A stretch of 64,000 nucleotides of DNA from a virus (taxonomy: Duplodnaviria; Caudoviricetes), in IMG/VR virus record IMGVR_UViG_3300029288_000072, positions 96,001 to 160,000 of that record; one strand, given 5' to 3'. Under the pieces are notes generated by a model. The model worked only from the letters and a program-made list of their open reading frames with translations, had not been told where the DNA came from and made no database searches. Shown here one piece after another: positions 19,847 to 28,187 of this stretch (position 1 is the stretch's first letter; each line of letters begins with the position of its first letter). Both the position numbers and the translations under genes were made by a program.

Positions 19847-21730
19847 TTAATTCCACCAATCATTTTCACCATCCTGATGAATAACTTTAAATCCTCTATC
19901 ATGTAGAGATTTACATACCCCCTCGTTTCCAGATGCACTTATGAAAACAACTATTGGATAATCATATGTATTATTTAAATCAGATTCGACCCATCCATCA
20001 GTAAAAACAACTACCAATTTTTTATTTCTTTCGTTTCTAAGCATATCTAATGGTATGCAAAGATTGGTTCCTCCTGTTTCTGGAATACCTATTTTTTTAA
20101 CTTGCTTTAATGGAACTGTTACATCCAATGACACTGTACTATGAAATTGAATATATCTAACATGAGGATGATCTATTTGTTTTGCAATTTTTTCTATTTC
20201 ATTCACGAATCTATTATAATCTTCCATATTAATAGAACCAGAAACGTCCATAACAATTATAAGATCAAAACTTTTTAACCTTGCTTTTCCAGGAAACATT
20301 CCCGGTGCTCCTCTTGCTTCTCGTTTCATAGTATAATCATGAGTTTTTGCACCTAAACATCTCATTATTTGGTTTTTTAATAGTCTATCCCAATCTTTTG
20401 TATCTGTTTTGTATAATCCTTCAATTGCTTTTATAAATGATTTATTTAAATTAAATGGTTTTAAACGTTCAAGATCTGATATATCTTTTATTTCTCCTCT
20501 TGCCAACATTTCATCAACCGTTCTTTTAACATCATTACTTAAAACCTTTTTCATTTCTGATGAAATAGGATTGAAATTTTCAAATTGTGTTTTTCCATTA
20601 TCAGATCTTCCAATACCACCCAATGCATTTTTTATTGCCTCTGCCTTTTCTCCTTCTGACATGTTATCCCATTCATCCGAATCTCCGTCATTTTCTTTTC
20701 CCAAAACGTGTTGGAAGAAATCATACATATCTCCGTCTTCTCCATCGTCTATATCCCCATTATTTTCATCTTTTGATGATTCTTCATTATCATCATTTTC
20801 ATTTTTCTCACCCTTTGCCTTTTTACTTTTCATTCCTTTCTTTAATTTTGATTTTTTTAATACGTTTCCTAAACTTTGTCCTGCTTTTATTAATAAAGAA
20901 TAATAATATTCAAATGGTTGATTTAAAAATAAAGGATCAAACTGTTCAATATTAATTAATTTTATTTCGTTAGATACAGATAATTTGTTTTTTATTCTTT
21001 CTCCTATAAATGCATATAAATTTTTTATTTTCTCATCATCTTTTAATGGTGCCCCGCCTTCATAAAATGTATATAATAATTCTTTATTTAAAGTAGTCAT
21101 AAACATATCATTAAATTCTGCAAAATCTAGCGTTTGATTAATTGCAAAATCTTGTGCAATGTTAGCTATTTTATGTTCTTTTGCTTTTCTATCTTTTGAT
21201 AAATGGTTCCATGCACAATGCATGACTTCATGAACTATAACTGACATAAAACATCGTACTAATGATGTTTGCTGATACCTATCAGAAGTAATAATTTCTT
21301 TAGATGTTAATAAATCTATCCATCTTGAAAATCTATCGGGTAGCCATCCACCATCATGAAATGCATCATTTAATTCTCTATCAATACCATTTATGTATTC
21401 ATTTTTTAATTTTCCAATGCATAGCGGACGAAGTATATAAAACCAAAGTTTATATGGATTTATTCGAATTGTTATTCTTCTAATAGAAGGATTATATTGA
21501 CAACATGCGATTGCATCATGCCAAAAATCATCAATTAAATTAAATCTATTAATTAAACGTTTAATAAACATTCCTGGATCATATACAGAATGTTTATTTA
21601 TAAGTGTATCAACTGTACTAAGATATACATTTACTAACGGGTTAACAGTTAATTTTTTAACTTCTTTTATTTTACCTTTTTCTTCTTCTGAATTAACCTG
21701 TTTATCTACTTTATCAAATTCAACAGACAC
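19847..21730 (-). CDS. vWA-domain/putative metallopeptidase (DUF2201-like) partner of the MoxR ATPase; start refined to GTG 21730
   Basis: HEVMH (HExxH), NIAQDFAINQ, an acidic linker, and a C-terminal vWA domain with MDVSGS, GGTN and VFTDG. AGGAG SD lies before GTG 21730. Confidence 0.87.
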   Translation of the reverse strand: MSVEFDKVDKQVNSEEEKGKIKEVKKLTVNPLVNVYLSTVDTLINKHSVYDPGMFIKRLINRFNLIDDFWHDAIACCQYNPSIRRITIRINPYKLWFYILRPLCIGKLKNEYINGIDRELNDAFHDGGWLPDRFSRWIDLLTSKEIITSDRYQQTSLVRCFMSVIVHEVMHCAWNHLSKDRKAKEHKIANIAQDFAINQTLDFAEFNDMFMTTLNKELLYTFYEGGAPLKDDEKIKNLYAFIGERIKNKLSVSNEIKLINIEQFDPLFLNQPFEYYYSLLIKAGQSLGNVLKKSKLKKGMKSKKAKGEKNENDDNEESSKDENNGDIDDGEDGDMYDFFQHVLGKENDGDSDEWDNMSEGEKAEAIKNALGGIGRSDNGKTQFENFNPISSEMKKVLSNDVKRTVDEMLARGEIKDISDLERLKPFNLNKSFIKAIEGLYKTDTKDWDRLLKNQIMRCLGAKTHDYTMKREARGAPGMFPGKARLKSFDLIIVMDVSGSINMEDYNRFVNEIEKIAKQIDHPHVRYIQFHSTVSLDVTVPLKQVKKIGIPETGGTNLCIPLDMLRNERNKKLVVVFTDGWVESDLNNTYDYPIVVFISASGNEGVCKSLHDRGFKVIHQDGENDWWN

Positions 21731-21756
21731 AACAAAATCTCCTAAATAGATGTTGT

Positions 21757-21784
21757 ATCTTAACCTTAGATATTTTAAAGTCAA
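21757..21784 (-). promoter_or_regulatory. sigma70-like promoter TTGACT-16-TAAGAT
   Basis: Upstream of the refined vWA start. Confidence 0.45.
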
Positions 21785-22279
21785 TTAAAAAATTGCTAGA
21801 ACAGGAATAACAGTCTTTAATGCAGTAGCTCCAGCCCTGACACCAATATCTGTTAGTTTATTTAAAATAACATCTAAAGTATTTTTAAATTCATTCCAAA
21901 ATGAATGTAGTTGTTCTGCTACTGCTGGACCAAGCATTGATGTTTTAGTAATCAATTGTCTATATTGTAATAACTCATCAACTGTTAACTTGTCTAAATC
22001 CTTTATCGACATTAAAAATGCTAAATTTATTGCATATTCTTTTTGTTCTTTCGTTAGTCCTAATAAGACTTTTCCATTGTCTTTTAAAAATTTTATACTC
22101 TCTCCAATAATAACATCTTGTGCATCATCTTTCATTGCAGATAATAATTCTCTAGCCTGAAATTCTCTTTTACCAGCATCAATATCAGTTGATAATTGTA
22201 CAACCTCTTGAGAAGTAGTATTATCAAATAAATCTGCAATAAATTTAAATATTGCTCTTAATATTTTTTGTAAACTCAT
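21785..22279 (-). CDS. Hypothetical helical protein (164 aa)
   Basis: Coupled (ATGA overlap) to the upstream lipoprotein gene. Hydrophobic C-terminal tail. Confidence 0.7.
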   Translation of the reverse strand: MSLQKILRAIFKFIADLFDNTTSQEVVQLSTDIDAGKREFQARELLSAMKDDAQDVIIGESIKFLKDNGKVLLGLTKEQKEYAINLAFLMSIKDLDKLTVDELLQYRQLITKTSMLGPAVAEQLHSFWNEFKNTLDVILNKLTDIGVRAGATALKTVIPVLAIF

Positions 22280-22518
22280 TTACCACCACCATTTTTGATT
22301 GTTTCGGATGTTGCTTTGATTAATTTATTATCTTCTTCTATAATCATACGATATATTTCAAGTTTCTTTTCTATTGGATATTCTTCTGTCTTTTTTAACA
22401 ATTCTTCATTAGTCTCTGCGGCACGATCTAAAATATAAGTATAATTTTCTGGCATCCTCACACACGATGAAGATACTGCTAATAAAATTATTACAGTTGC
22501 TAATAGTGTATTTCTCAT
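22276..22518 (-). CDS. Putative lipoprotein (80 aa)
   Basis: Signal peptide MRNTLLATVIILLAVSSS-C ending in a lipobox-like Cys. AAGGA SD. Confidence 0.65.
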   Translation of the reverse strand: MRNTLLATVIILLAVSSSCVRMPENYTYILDRAAETNEELLKKTEEYPIEKKLEIYRMIIEEDNKLIKATSETIKNGGGK

Positions 22519-22535
22519 ATATATCCTTTTGTATA

Positions 22536-22880
22536 TTATAACTCTTTTAAATGATTTTTAGTTTTTTCGTCATCTGTTAAACAACAGTCTTTTGTCCAAA
22601 CCTCTGTAAATGTTGCTATTATTTTTTCAAAAATATAATTCCACAATTCATCAGACACACCAGGAAGTTTTTGTTTTAAATCGTCTTTACACTTATTTGC
22701 TGTTTCTTTTATTGTTTGTTTCAATGTTTCGTTATATTCTTCTCTATAACCTTTAGCAAATGTTTGTACCCATTCAGTAATTGCCTCTTTTCCTGGGTCT
22801 CTTCCCATTTTTGTACCTTTAATCCATTTATATTTCATCATCTCATTAACTTGATTTTCAAGATACTTTTTAAGGTCCAT
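22536..22880 (-). CDS. DUF4032-like small protein
   Basis: EMMKYKWIKGTKMGRDPGKEAITEWVQTFA resembles the [HY]KW..SEK.G.D.G...A..DW motif. Confidence 0.55.
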   Translation of the reverse strand: MDLKKYLENQVNEMMKYKWIKGTKMGRDPGKEAITEWVQTFAKGYREEYNETLKQTIKETANKCKDDLKQKLPGVSDELWNYIFEKIIATFTEVWTKDCCLTDDEKTKNHLKEL

Positions 22881-22892
22881 GCAATACCTCTT

Positions 22893-23852
22893 TCAAATAT
22901 TTTCTGGATGTTCTGCTGGTTCTTCTTCTATATCTACATCTTTTAATGCAATTTCAAACAATCCTATAGAATAATGTCCTACATTTCCTTGTGTATGATG
23001 TTGTGCATAATCGGCAATTTTAATTCCATCATAATCAGATTCTTCTATTTTTTTAAATAAATTATACTTTTGATATTGCAAATCTGTTAAATCTGATTCT
23101 ATTGTTTCTCCATCGGTCATATCATATATTTTTAAATCCCTTTTTGGTATTATTGTTAATAATCTACCTTTTTCTTTAAAACTTGCAGGATTTAATGTAT
23201 TTCCAGAAGTTTTCAGTTCCCATCTATGATTTTTATCATGAGAACTTTCTTGTTTGGGTATATATCCTAATTCTTTTAATTTAACATTAATATATTCATT
23301 AATTTTATATTCGGGAGAAGTATCATAATATTTTTGTTTTAGTTCTTTTACTTCTTTTTCAAGTTTTGCATATAATTCCATTTTTGATGCAAAAACAGAT
23401 TTTTCGTCATTATATTTAATGCTTTTTTCTAATTCTTTTAAATCATTTTCTTTTTTAATAAGTTCTCTTGATAATTGATTATGAGATTTCCATAAATCTT
23501 GAAATATAGAGGGATATCTAAAACTTTTTGCTCTACCAGTCTGGTCAAATTCTACATCATTATAATCGTATTCTATTCCAATTATCTTTTGTATGTTTTG
23601 GATTGTTTTATCTAATGATGGACCTGCAATATGTTTCGTGTTTAAATGATTTGTTCCTGCTGATACTGGAATATAACTACTTGATATTTTTTTATTTAAA
23701 GAAGTCCAAAAAACATCATCTATTCCTGGTGCTATTTTTTCTTTTTCGTATTGTTCAACTGTCCCATGATATAACTTTGTCCCTTTTGGAACAACTAATG
23801 TATGTCCATCATTTTCTAAAAGTATTTTTAAAACTTTTTTTAGTAACATCAT
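22893..23852 (-). CDS. Putative ADP-ribosyltransferase-fold protein (start refined to 23852)
   Basis: VPKGTKLYHGT..VFWTS..SSSY, plus the C-terminal RDLKIYDM and YDGIKI motifs of viral ART-like proteins. A late promoter lies immediately upstream. Confidence 0.5.
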   Translation of the reverse strand: MMLLKKVLKILLENDGHTLVVPKGTKLYHGTVEQYEKEKIAPGIDDVFWTSLNKKISSSYIPVSAGTNHLNTKHIAGPSLDKTIQNIQKIIGIEYDYNDVEFDQTGRAKSFRYPSIFQDLWKSHNQLSRELIKKENDLKELEKSIKYNDEKSVFASKMELYAKLEKEVKELKQKYYDTSPEYKINEYINVKLKELGYIPKQESSHDKNHRWELKTSGNTLNPASFKEKGRLLTIIPKRDLKIYDMTDGETIESDLTDLQYQKYNLFKKIEESDYDGIKIADYAQHHTQGNVGHYSIGLFEIALKDVDIEEEPAEHPENI

Positions 23853-23860
23853 ATAATTTT

Positions 23861-23868
23861 TATTTATA
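23861..23868 (-). promoter_or_regulatory. T4-type late promoter TATAAATA
   Basis: Exact match just downstream of a terminator and 8 nt before ATG 23852. Confidence 0.65.
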
Positions 23869-23869
23869 C

Positions 23870-23909
23870 AAAAAAACATTAATCCGCTAAAGCATAGCGG
23901 ATTAATGTT
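23870..23909 (-). terminator. Rho-independent terminator
   Basis: Perfect 15-bp inverted repeat AACATTAATCCGCTA/TAGCGGATTAATGTT with a 5-nt loop, followed by a U-tract on the minus strand. Confidence 0.8.
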
Positions 23910-23942
23910 ATGAGTCTATCTAAATTGTTGTTCCGATCTATT

Positions 23943-24146
23943 TCACTTGCCTTGATGTGGATGCTTACCAGGATTGCGATCCTGCTTTGGCATTGGAGGC
24001 ATTGACTTATCGCCCTTGCCTACACCCTTATATCCCTCATTCTTATGAGGATGTTCACGAACTGACTTATCCTTACAAGGACAACCTTTACGGACATCAT
24101 CACCACCAACTTGCTTTGTGCATGGCTTATCTTCTTTAGCTTTCAT
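23943..24146 (-). CDS. Small basic, low-complexity protein (67 aa)
   Basis: Strong AAGGAG SD, own late promoter (24185) and own terminator. Confidence 0.7.
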   Translation of the reverse strand: MKAKEDKPCTKQVGGDDVRKGCPCKDKSVREHPHKNEGYKGVGKGDKSMPPMPKQDRNPGKHPHQGK

Positions 24147-24184
24147 TATATTCTCCTTAGTCCTTTTGGACGTTCTTATGTATT

Positions 24185-24192
24185 TATTTATA
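24185..24192 (-). promoter_or_regulatory. T4-type late promoter TATAAATA
   Basis: Exact intergenic match. Confidence 0.6.
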
Positions 24193-24201
24193 TTTAAAAC
24201 C

Positions 24202-24879
24202 TTAAATTTCTATTTCTTCTTTTTTAGGAAATCTCAATATTTTCATGTGTGCATCTGGATTAGTACCATATCTACATATCCATTTTTGTAACCATTTTAT
24301 ATATAAATGTTTTTGATTATTTTCAAACTCTTTTATATTATCTACTTTAGAAAACTCTTTCCAATGATCTAATAATACATCATATTCTATTTTTAATGCA
24401 TAATCTTCTACCATATGATCTAATGCATAATCTTTATCTATTATTCGTGTCATTGTGCATAAAAACGCATATGCAGCAAATTCTAAATTGGTATATCTAT
24501 CAACTTTTACAATTGTCTCCCTAAATGGGGCTAACGATTTTAAATATCCCATATAATATTTTTCACCACTTAATCCAATTCCTCTAAAAATATGTGTTCC
24601 GTTTCCAGGAACCACAAAATTAGTATCATCCTCGTCCCATATTATAGGCTCTCCTGTAGAATCTACTGGAATTATAGGATAATCAAAATTTGGTACATAT
24701 ACACCTATATTAAATTCTATTATAGGATCTTGTAAATTATCATTGTTGATATCTGGTTTACCATGTAAAACATCTTCAATTACCCGTAATGCTTCTATTT
24801 TACGTTGTTCAGAATCAAAGACATATATGCCTTTTTCAATATTCTTTAATGCTATTCTAGCTAACGTTTTTGGCTTCAT
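24202..24879 (-). CDS. Hypothetical protein (225 aa)
   Basis: Long ORF preceded by a sigma70-like promoter. Confidence 0.75.
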   Translation of the reverse strand: MKPKTLARIALKNIEKGIYVFDSEQRKIEALRVIEDVLHGKPDINNDNLQDPIIEFNIGVYVPNFDYPIIPVDSTGEPIIWDEDDTNFVVPGNGTHIFRGIGLSGEKYYMGYLKSLAPFRETIVKVDRYTNLEFAAYAFLCTMTRIIDKDYALDHMVEDYALKIEYDVLLDHWKEFSKVDNIKEFENNQKHLYIKWLQKWICRYGTNPDAHMKILRFPKKEEIEI

Positions 24880-24887
24880 AATAGTTA

Positions 24888-24915
24888 ATTATACCACATA
24901 AAAATACAAAATCAA
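24888..24915 (-). promoter_or_regulatory. sigma70-like promoter TTGATT-16-(TGG)TATAAT, 8 nt from ATG
   Basis: Read directly from the intergenic sequence; extended -10. Confidence 0.6.
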
Positions 24916-24919
24916 GTTA

Positions 24920-25123
24920 TTATTTCAATCTTGTTTCTAATTCTTCTATAAAGTAAAAGAACCATTTTTCTTCTGGTGTTTTATCATCAGACCGATAATC
25001 GGCATTAGATTCTGCCCCTTTTATAAGCGATCTTGCTAACTTCCTGTTAGAACTATACTTAGATAATAGATCCTTTTTTAGCTTTTCTGCTTTTTCTTGT
25101 AAAAAAATTAAAGTCTTCCCCAT
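24920..25123 (-). CDS. Hypothetical protein (67 aa)
   Basis: AAGGA SD; tiles with its neighbours. Confidence 0.6.
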   Translation of the reverse strand: MGKTLIFLQEKAEKLKKDLLSKYSSNRKLARSLIKGAESNADYRSDDKTPEEKWFFYFIEELETRLK

Positions 25124-25166
25124 ATAATTTTCCTTTTAAAATTAAAAATATAAATTAGGTTTTATT

Positions 25167-25394
25167 TTAAACCGTCTTAAATCTTTCTAAAAATCTTTGA
25201 TACGACTTTTCTGTAAAAAATATTTGTCGTGCTTCAATCCAGTTTTTATTATAAAATGCTTCTATTACTCCATTATGTTCTCTAAATAATATTTCTTTCA
25301 TTTCTACACCTTTTATTTTACAATAACATGCAATTTTTATCCGTTTTGTTTTTTGTGGATTTAATCCTAATAAAGATTTTATCCAATTAAACAT
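25167..25394 (-). CDS. Hypothetical protein (75 aa)
   Basis: AGGAG SD and a late promoter at 25421. Confidence 0.65.
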   Translation of the reverse strand: MFNWIKSLLGLNPQKTKRIKIACYCKIKGVEMKEILFREHNGVIEAFYNKNWIEARQIFFTEKSYQRFLERFKTV

Positions 25395-25420
25395 CTCGGA
25401 TTTCTCCTACCTAATAAATT

Positions 25421-25428
25421 TATTTATA
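25421..25428 (-). promoter_or_regulatory. T4-type late promoter TATAAATA
   Basis: Exact intergenic match. Confidence 0.55.
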
Positions 25429-25728
25429 TCATTGTTGTGTTGTGTATAACGTAATTGATGTTCCGCATTCTGTTGTATGTTTATACAATAGCTCATCGGT
25501 AGAATCACTACATGTGGTCCACATAGGAGGATTTAGCTGCCAGGGATTTATAGGCGTTGCCCATGGATTTGTAGGAGTCACTGGAATAGAAGGAATTACT
25601 ATCTCTTTCTTACCAAATAATCCCTCTAATTGTGTGAATAATTCTTTTGCTTCTTCTAGTGGTAATGACATAGTAGTACCATCTTTTAAAGTTATTTCAA
25701 TTTTTGTTATTTTAACTGTTTTACTCAT
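25429..25728 (-). CDS. Hypothetical protein (99 aa) with a Pro/Trp-rich segment
   Basis: GGGG SD and an ATGA overlap with the upstream gene. Confidence 0.65.
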   Translation of the reverse strand: MSKTVKITKIEITLKDGTTMSLPLEEAKELFTQLEGLFGKKEIVIPSIPVTPTNPWATPINPWQLNPPMWTTCSDSTDELLYKHTTECGTSITLYTTQQ

Positions 25729-25967
25729 TTTAAATCCCCTTCAATTTGTTCTAAAATCAATGCGGTAGATAATTCTTTTGGTGTTATAGATCTTTTTAAA
25801 ACATCTGATAAAACTTTACATATTTCTAATTCACAATTTTTGCGAACAAAACCAGCATACAAAGTCTTATCTACTGTATATATAAGTTTTTCATTTAAAT
25901 AAAGATTTGTTTCTTCATCTGTGCCTTTATACTCTTTTTTTAATTGTATTTTATATTTAATTGACAT
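25725..25967 (-). CDS. Hypothetical protein (80 aa)
   Basis: Tiles between its neighbours; resembles the upstream gene. Confidence 0.6.
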   Translation of the reverse strand: MSIKYKIQLKKEYKGTDEETNLYLNEKLIYTVDKTLYAGFVRKNCELEICKVLSDVLKRSITPKELSTALILEQIEGDLK

Positions 25968-26217
25968 CTTTATCTGCTACTATTATTTTTTTATCGGTTA
26001 AATATTTAACTAAATTTTCTGGATTTATATTTACGCCAATTTCTTTTGAAACGGCATTAGCCAATTTCTCTACTTCTGTTTTTCTTCCATGTATTTCATC
26101 CTCAAATAATGATTGTAAAGACATATTATATATGACTTTACCATTAATTGCATATGGTCTAACGGTGTTTCCTGTCTGGTCAGAAACACATGGTAATGCT
26201 TCAAACGAATATTTCAT
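25957..26217 (-). CDS. Hypothetical protein (86 aa; start refined to 26217, MKYSFEAL)
   Basis: The annotated 5' extension overlaps a promoter and a terminator. Confidence 0.6.
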   Translation of the reverse strand: MKYSFEALPCVSDQTGNTVRPYAINGKVIYNMSLQSLFEDEIHGRKTEVEKLANAVSKEIGVNINPENLVKYLTDKKIIVADKDVN

Positions 26218-26224
26218 GATAATG

Positions 26225-26252
26225 ATTATAACATCTAAAAAATAAAAGTCAA
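26225..26252 (-). promoter_or_regulatory. sigma70-like promoter TTGACT-16-(TGT)TATAAT, 7 nt from ATG
   Basis: Near-consensus -35 and extended -10. Confidence 0.65.
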
Positions 26253-26257
26253 TAATT

Positions 26258-26293
26258 AAAAATGCTCCCATTAAGTTTTTAAGTTAATGGGAG
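26258..26293 (-). terminator. Terminator after the prenyltransferase-repeat gene
   Basis: Inverted repeat CTCCCATTAA/TTAATGGGAG followed by CATTTTT on the minus strand. Confidence 0.65.
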
Positions 26294-26300
26294 TTTAAAA

Positions 26301-27878
26301 TCACATCTTTTTAATCTGTTCTAATAGAGGAAGATATCTTATACCAACCTCTAGAGCAAGCAACTTATATGTATGTAATAATACAGAGGAAGTTTCTGCT
26401 CCATGCCATTCTTCTTTTTCGTGTTTCCATGTGCCATCATAGCAATCTTCTGTTTTGTATTGAGTTTGAACTAGCCAAGGAACGAAACCACTTGTAGGAT
26501 TTCCCCATGTTTCATCCCAATGCTTTCCTTTAATTTGGAAAGATGCTAATGATGCATAATATAATGCATAGCTATTATTTCGATATTTGTTAGTTACAAA
26601 CCATCTATCAGTCATGTCATTTGCTAATGTATCCAATAAAATATCTCCTGGCTTATATCCTAAGAATACACCAGCTAATGCACCGACAAAACTCAAATGG
26701 TCTCTGCTGGTCTTACCATCAATACTGCATGTATATGGAAATACACTTTTTCCATATGGATCAAGATTTTGCCAGTTTGGATTTGCTGACTTCCATGCTA
26801 ATTCTAAGAATTTTTTAGATCCTTCTAATCCATCTTGTACATTCAGATTTGATGCGACAGCAGATTTTAGTGCCATTATATTCCACCCTGAAACGCTTAT
26901 ATCCATACGAGCAGGATTTGGTCTAATATAGTCCCACCCCAATGGATATCCGTCGTTGTCTTTCGTTTGTCTTGCAAGTACAATATCTACTGCTTTCTGT
27001 GCTGGTTCTCTTAATGCTATATCTCCAGACATTGCATATGCTTCTGCTAATGCCATTGCACAAACTGGATGCTCATAATTTCTTTCTCCAATTAAACCAT
27101 CTGCTCCTTGTCTTGCTAATAACCATTCAATTCCTACTTTAACGGTTTTTCTCCACTTACTCATATGTTTGTGATCATAACCAGCACCTAAGAAACAAAG
27201 AGTTGCCAGTCCCGTCATAGCAGCATTTTCATCACCAGCAGCAGTTTTTCCTGGTTCACATTTTGGATTTATTTGGCAGTTTAGGTAATAATTTACACTA
27301 TCCCAATGCCCATCGGGGGATTGGTGAACGGCTAACCATTTTAATGCTGCTTCCATAGTGGATGAAGCAGATTTTGCATTTGGACCATAACAACTTGTCC
27401 ATCTCTTTTTATTTCCCCCTTTTTCTCTTCCGAATGCACCAGATGCCCCGCCACCAGCCCCCATTACAAATGCTACACCTTGACCAGCCATTTCAGCAGT
27501 TGATACAGCATTTTCTCTTCCTTTGATATCGTTATTATTTTCTTCATCTTCTGATTCTAATTTAATATCTTCAAGATCCAAGGTATTAATTAATGTAACT
27601 TCGCTATCAACAGGTTTTGTATGAGGAACAATTATTGGTTTTTCGACAATATCTCTTGTAGGAGGATCTTTTAATTCTGGTGGTAAATCTATTTGCACTA
27701 ATCTAACATTAGGTTGTTCTTTTATCATTTCTTTTACAACAATTAATGTTCCTAAGACTAGTAATATTAATATATGTAAACTTAAAGATATTCCCCATCC
27801 TGTTATTCCGCTTTTTCGTTCGTCAAGTTCTGCATCATTTTCTTCAACATATTCATCTATTTTTTCTAATTCTTCCAT
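26301..27878 (-). CDS. Membrane-anchored prenyltransferase/squalene-oxidase-repeat (alpha/alpha-barrel) protein of Planctomycete type; start refined to 27878
   Basis: TM segment GWGISLSLHILILLVL, a Gly-rich linker, then QW-like repeats ALKWLAVHQSPDGHW, GIEWLLARQGADG, YEHPVCAMALAEAY and DISVSGWNIMALKSA. AAGGAG SD before 27878. Confidence 0.82.
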   Translation of the reverse strand: MEELEKIDEYVEENDAELDERKSGITGWGISLSLHILILLVLGTLIVVKEMIKEQPNVRLVQIDLPPELKDPPTRDIVEKPIIVPHTKPVDSEVTLINTLDLEDIKLESEDEENNNDIKGRENAVSTAEMAGQGVAFVMGAGGGASGAFGREKGGNKKRWTSCYGPNAKSASSTMEAALKWLAVHQSPDGHWDSVNYYLNCQINPKCEPGKTAAGDENAAMTGLATLCFLGAGYDHKHMSKWRKTVKVGIEWLLARQGADGLIGERNYEHPVCAMALAEAYAMSGDIALREPAQKAVDIVLARQTKDNDGYPLGWDYIRPNPARMDISVSGWNIMALKSAVASNLNVQDGLEGSKKFLELAWKSANPNWQNLDPYGKSVFPYTCSIDGKTSRDHLSFVGALAGVFLGYKPGDILLDTLANDMTDRWFVTNKYRNNSYALYYASLASFQIKGKHWDETWGNPTSGFVPWLVQTQYKTEDCYDGTWKHEKEEWHGAETSSVLLHTYKLLALEVGIRYLPLLEQIKKM

Positions 27879-27886
27879 AAGTTGCT

Positions 27887-27938
27887 CCTTGTTGTTTACG
27901 TTAAAGATTACCATGGCGACATGGTAAACGCAACAAGG
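27887..27938 (-). promoter_or_regulatory. Extended stem-loop in the 5' leader overlapping the SD of the prenyltransferase-repeat gene
   Basis: Minus strand CCTTGTTG-CGT-TTACCATG-TCGC-CATGGTAA-TCTTTA-ACG-TAAA-CAACAAGG-AG. Confidence 0.55.
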
Positions 27939-27959
27939 TTCATTTAGTTCAAAATTTTT

Positions 27960-27967
27960 TATAAATA
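27960..27967 (+). promoter_or_regulatory. T4-type late promoter TATAAATA (plus strand)
   Basis: Exact match 7 nt before ATG 27975 of the lone plus-strand gene here. Confidence 0.55.
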
Positions 27968-27974
27968 CTTGTGT

Positions 27975-28187
27975 ATGAACTGGTTACGAAACTTACCGGA
28001 AGAACATCAGAATGCAATAAAAGAAATCCATGAAAACTCAAAAGGATATATTATATTAGTAGTAGATCCTTGTTATGTTGGTCCAATAGAGTCATGTTTA
28101 AAATCGTTTTATAATATTAAAATTATATCAAGTGGTTCTTTATGCGAATTTACTAGAAAAATTATTAATGAATTTAAAAAGAATTAA
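27975..28187 (+). CDS. Hypothetical protein (70 aa), the only plus-strand gene of the left arm
   Basis: Fills an otherwise empty gap and has a late promoter. Confidence 0.55.
   Translation: MNWLRNLPEEHQNAIKEIHENSKGYIILVVDPCYVGPIESCLKSFYNIKIISSGSLCEFTRKIINEFKKN

Noticed and set aside
26301-27878. A true squalene-hopene cyclase auxiliary gene
   Set aside because: Single barrel with a TM anchor and no visible DxDD catalytic motif.
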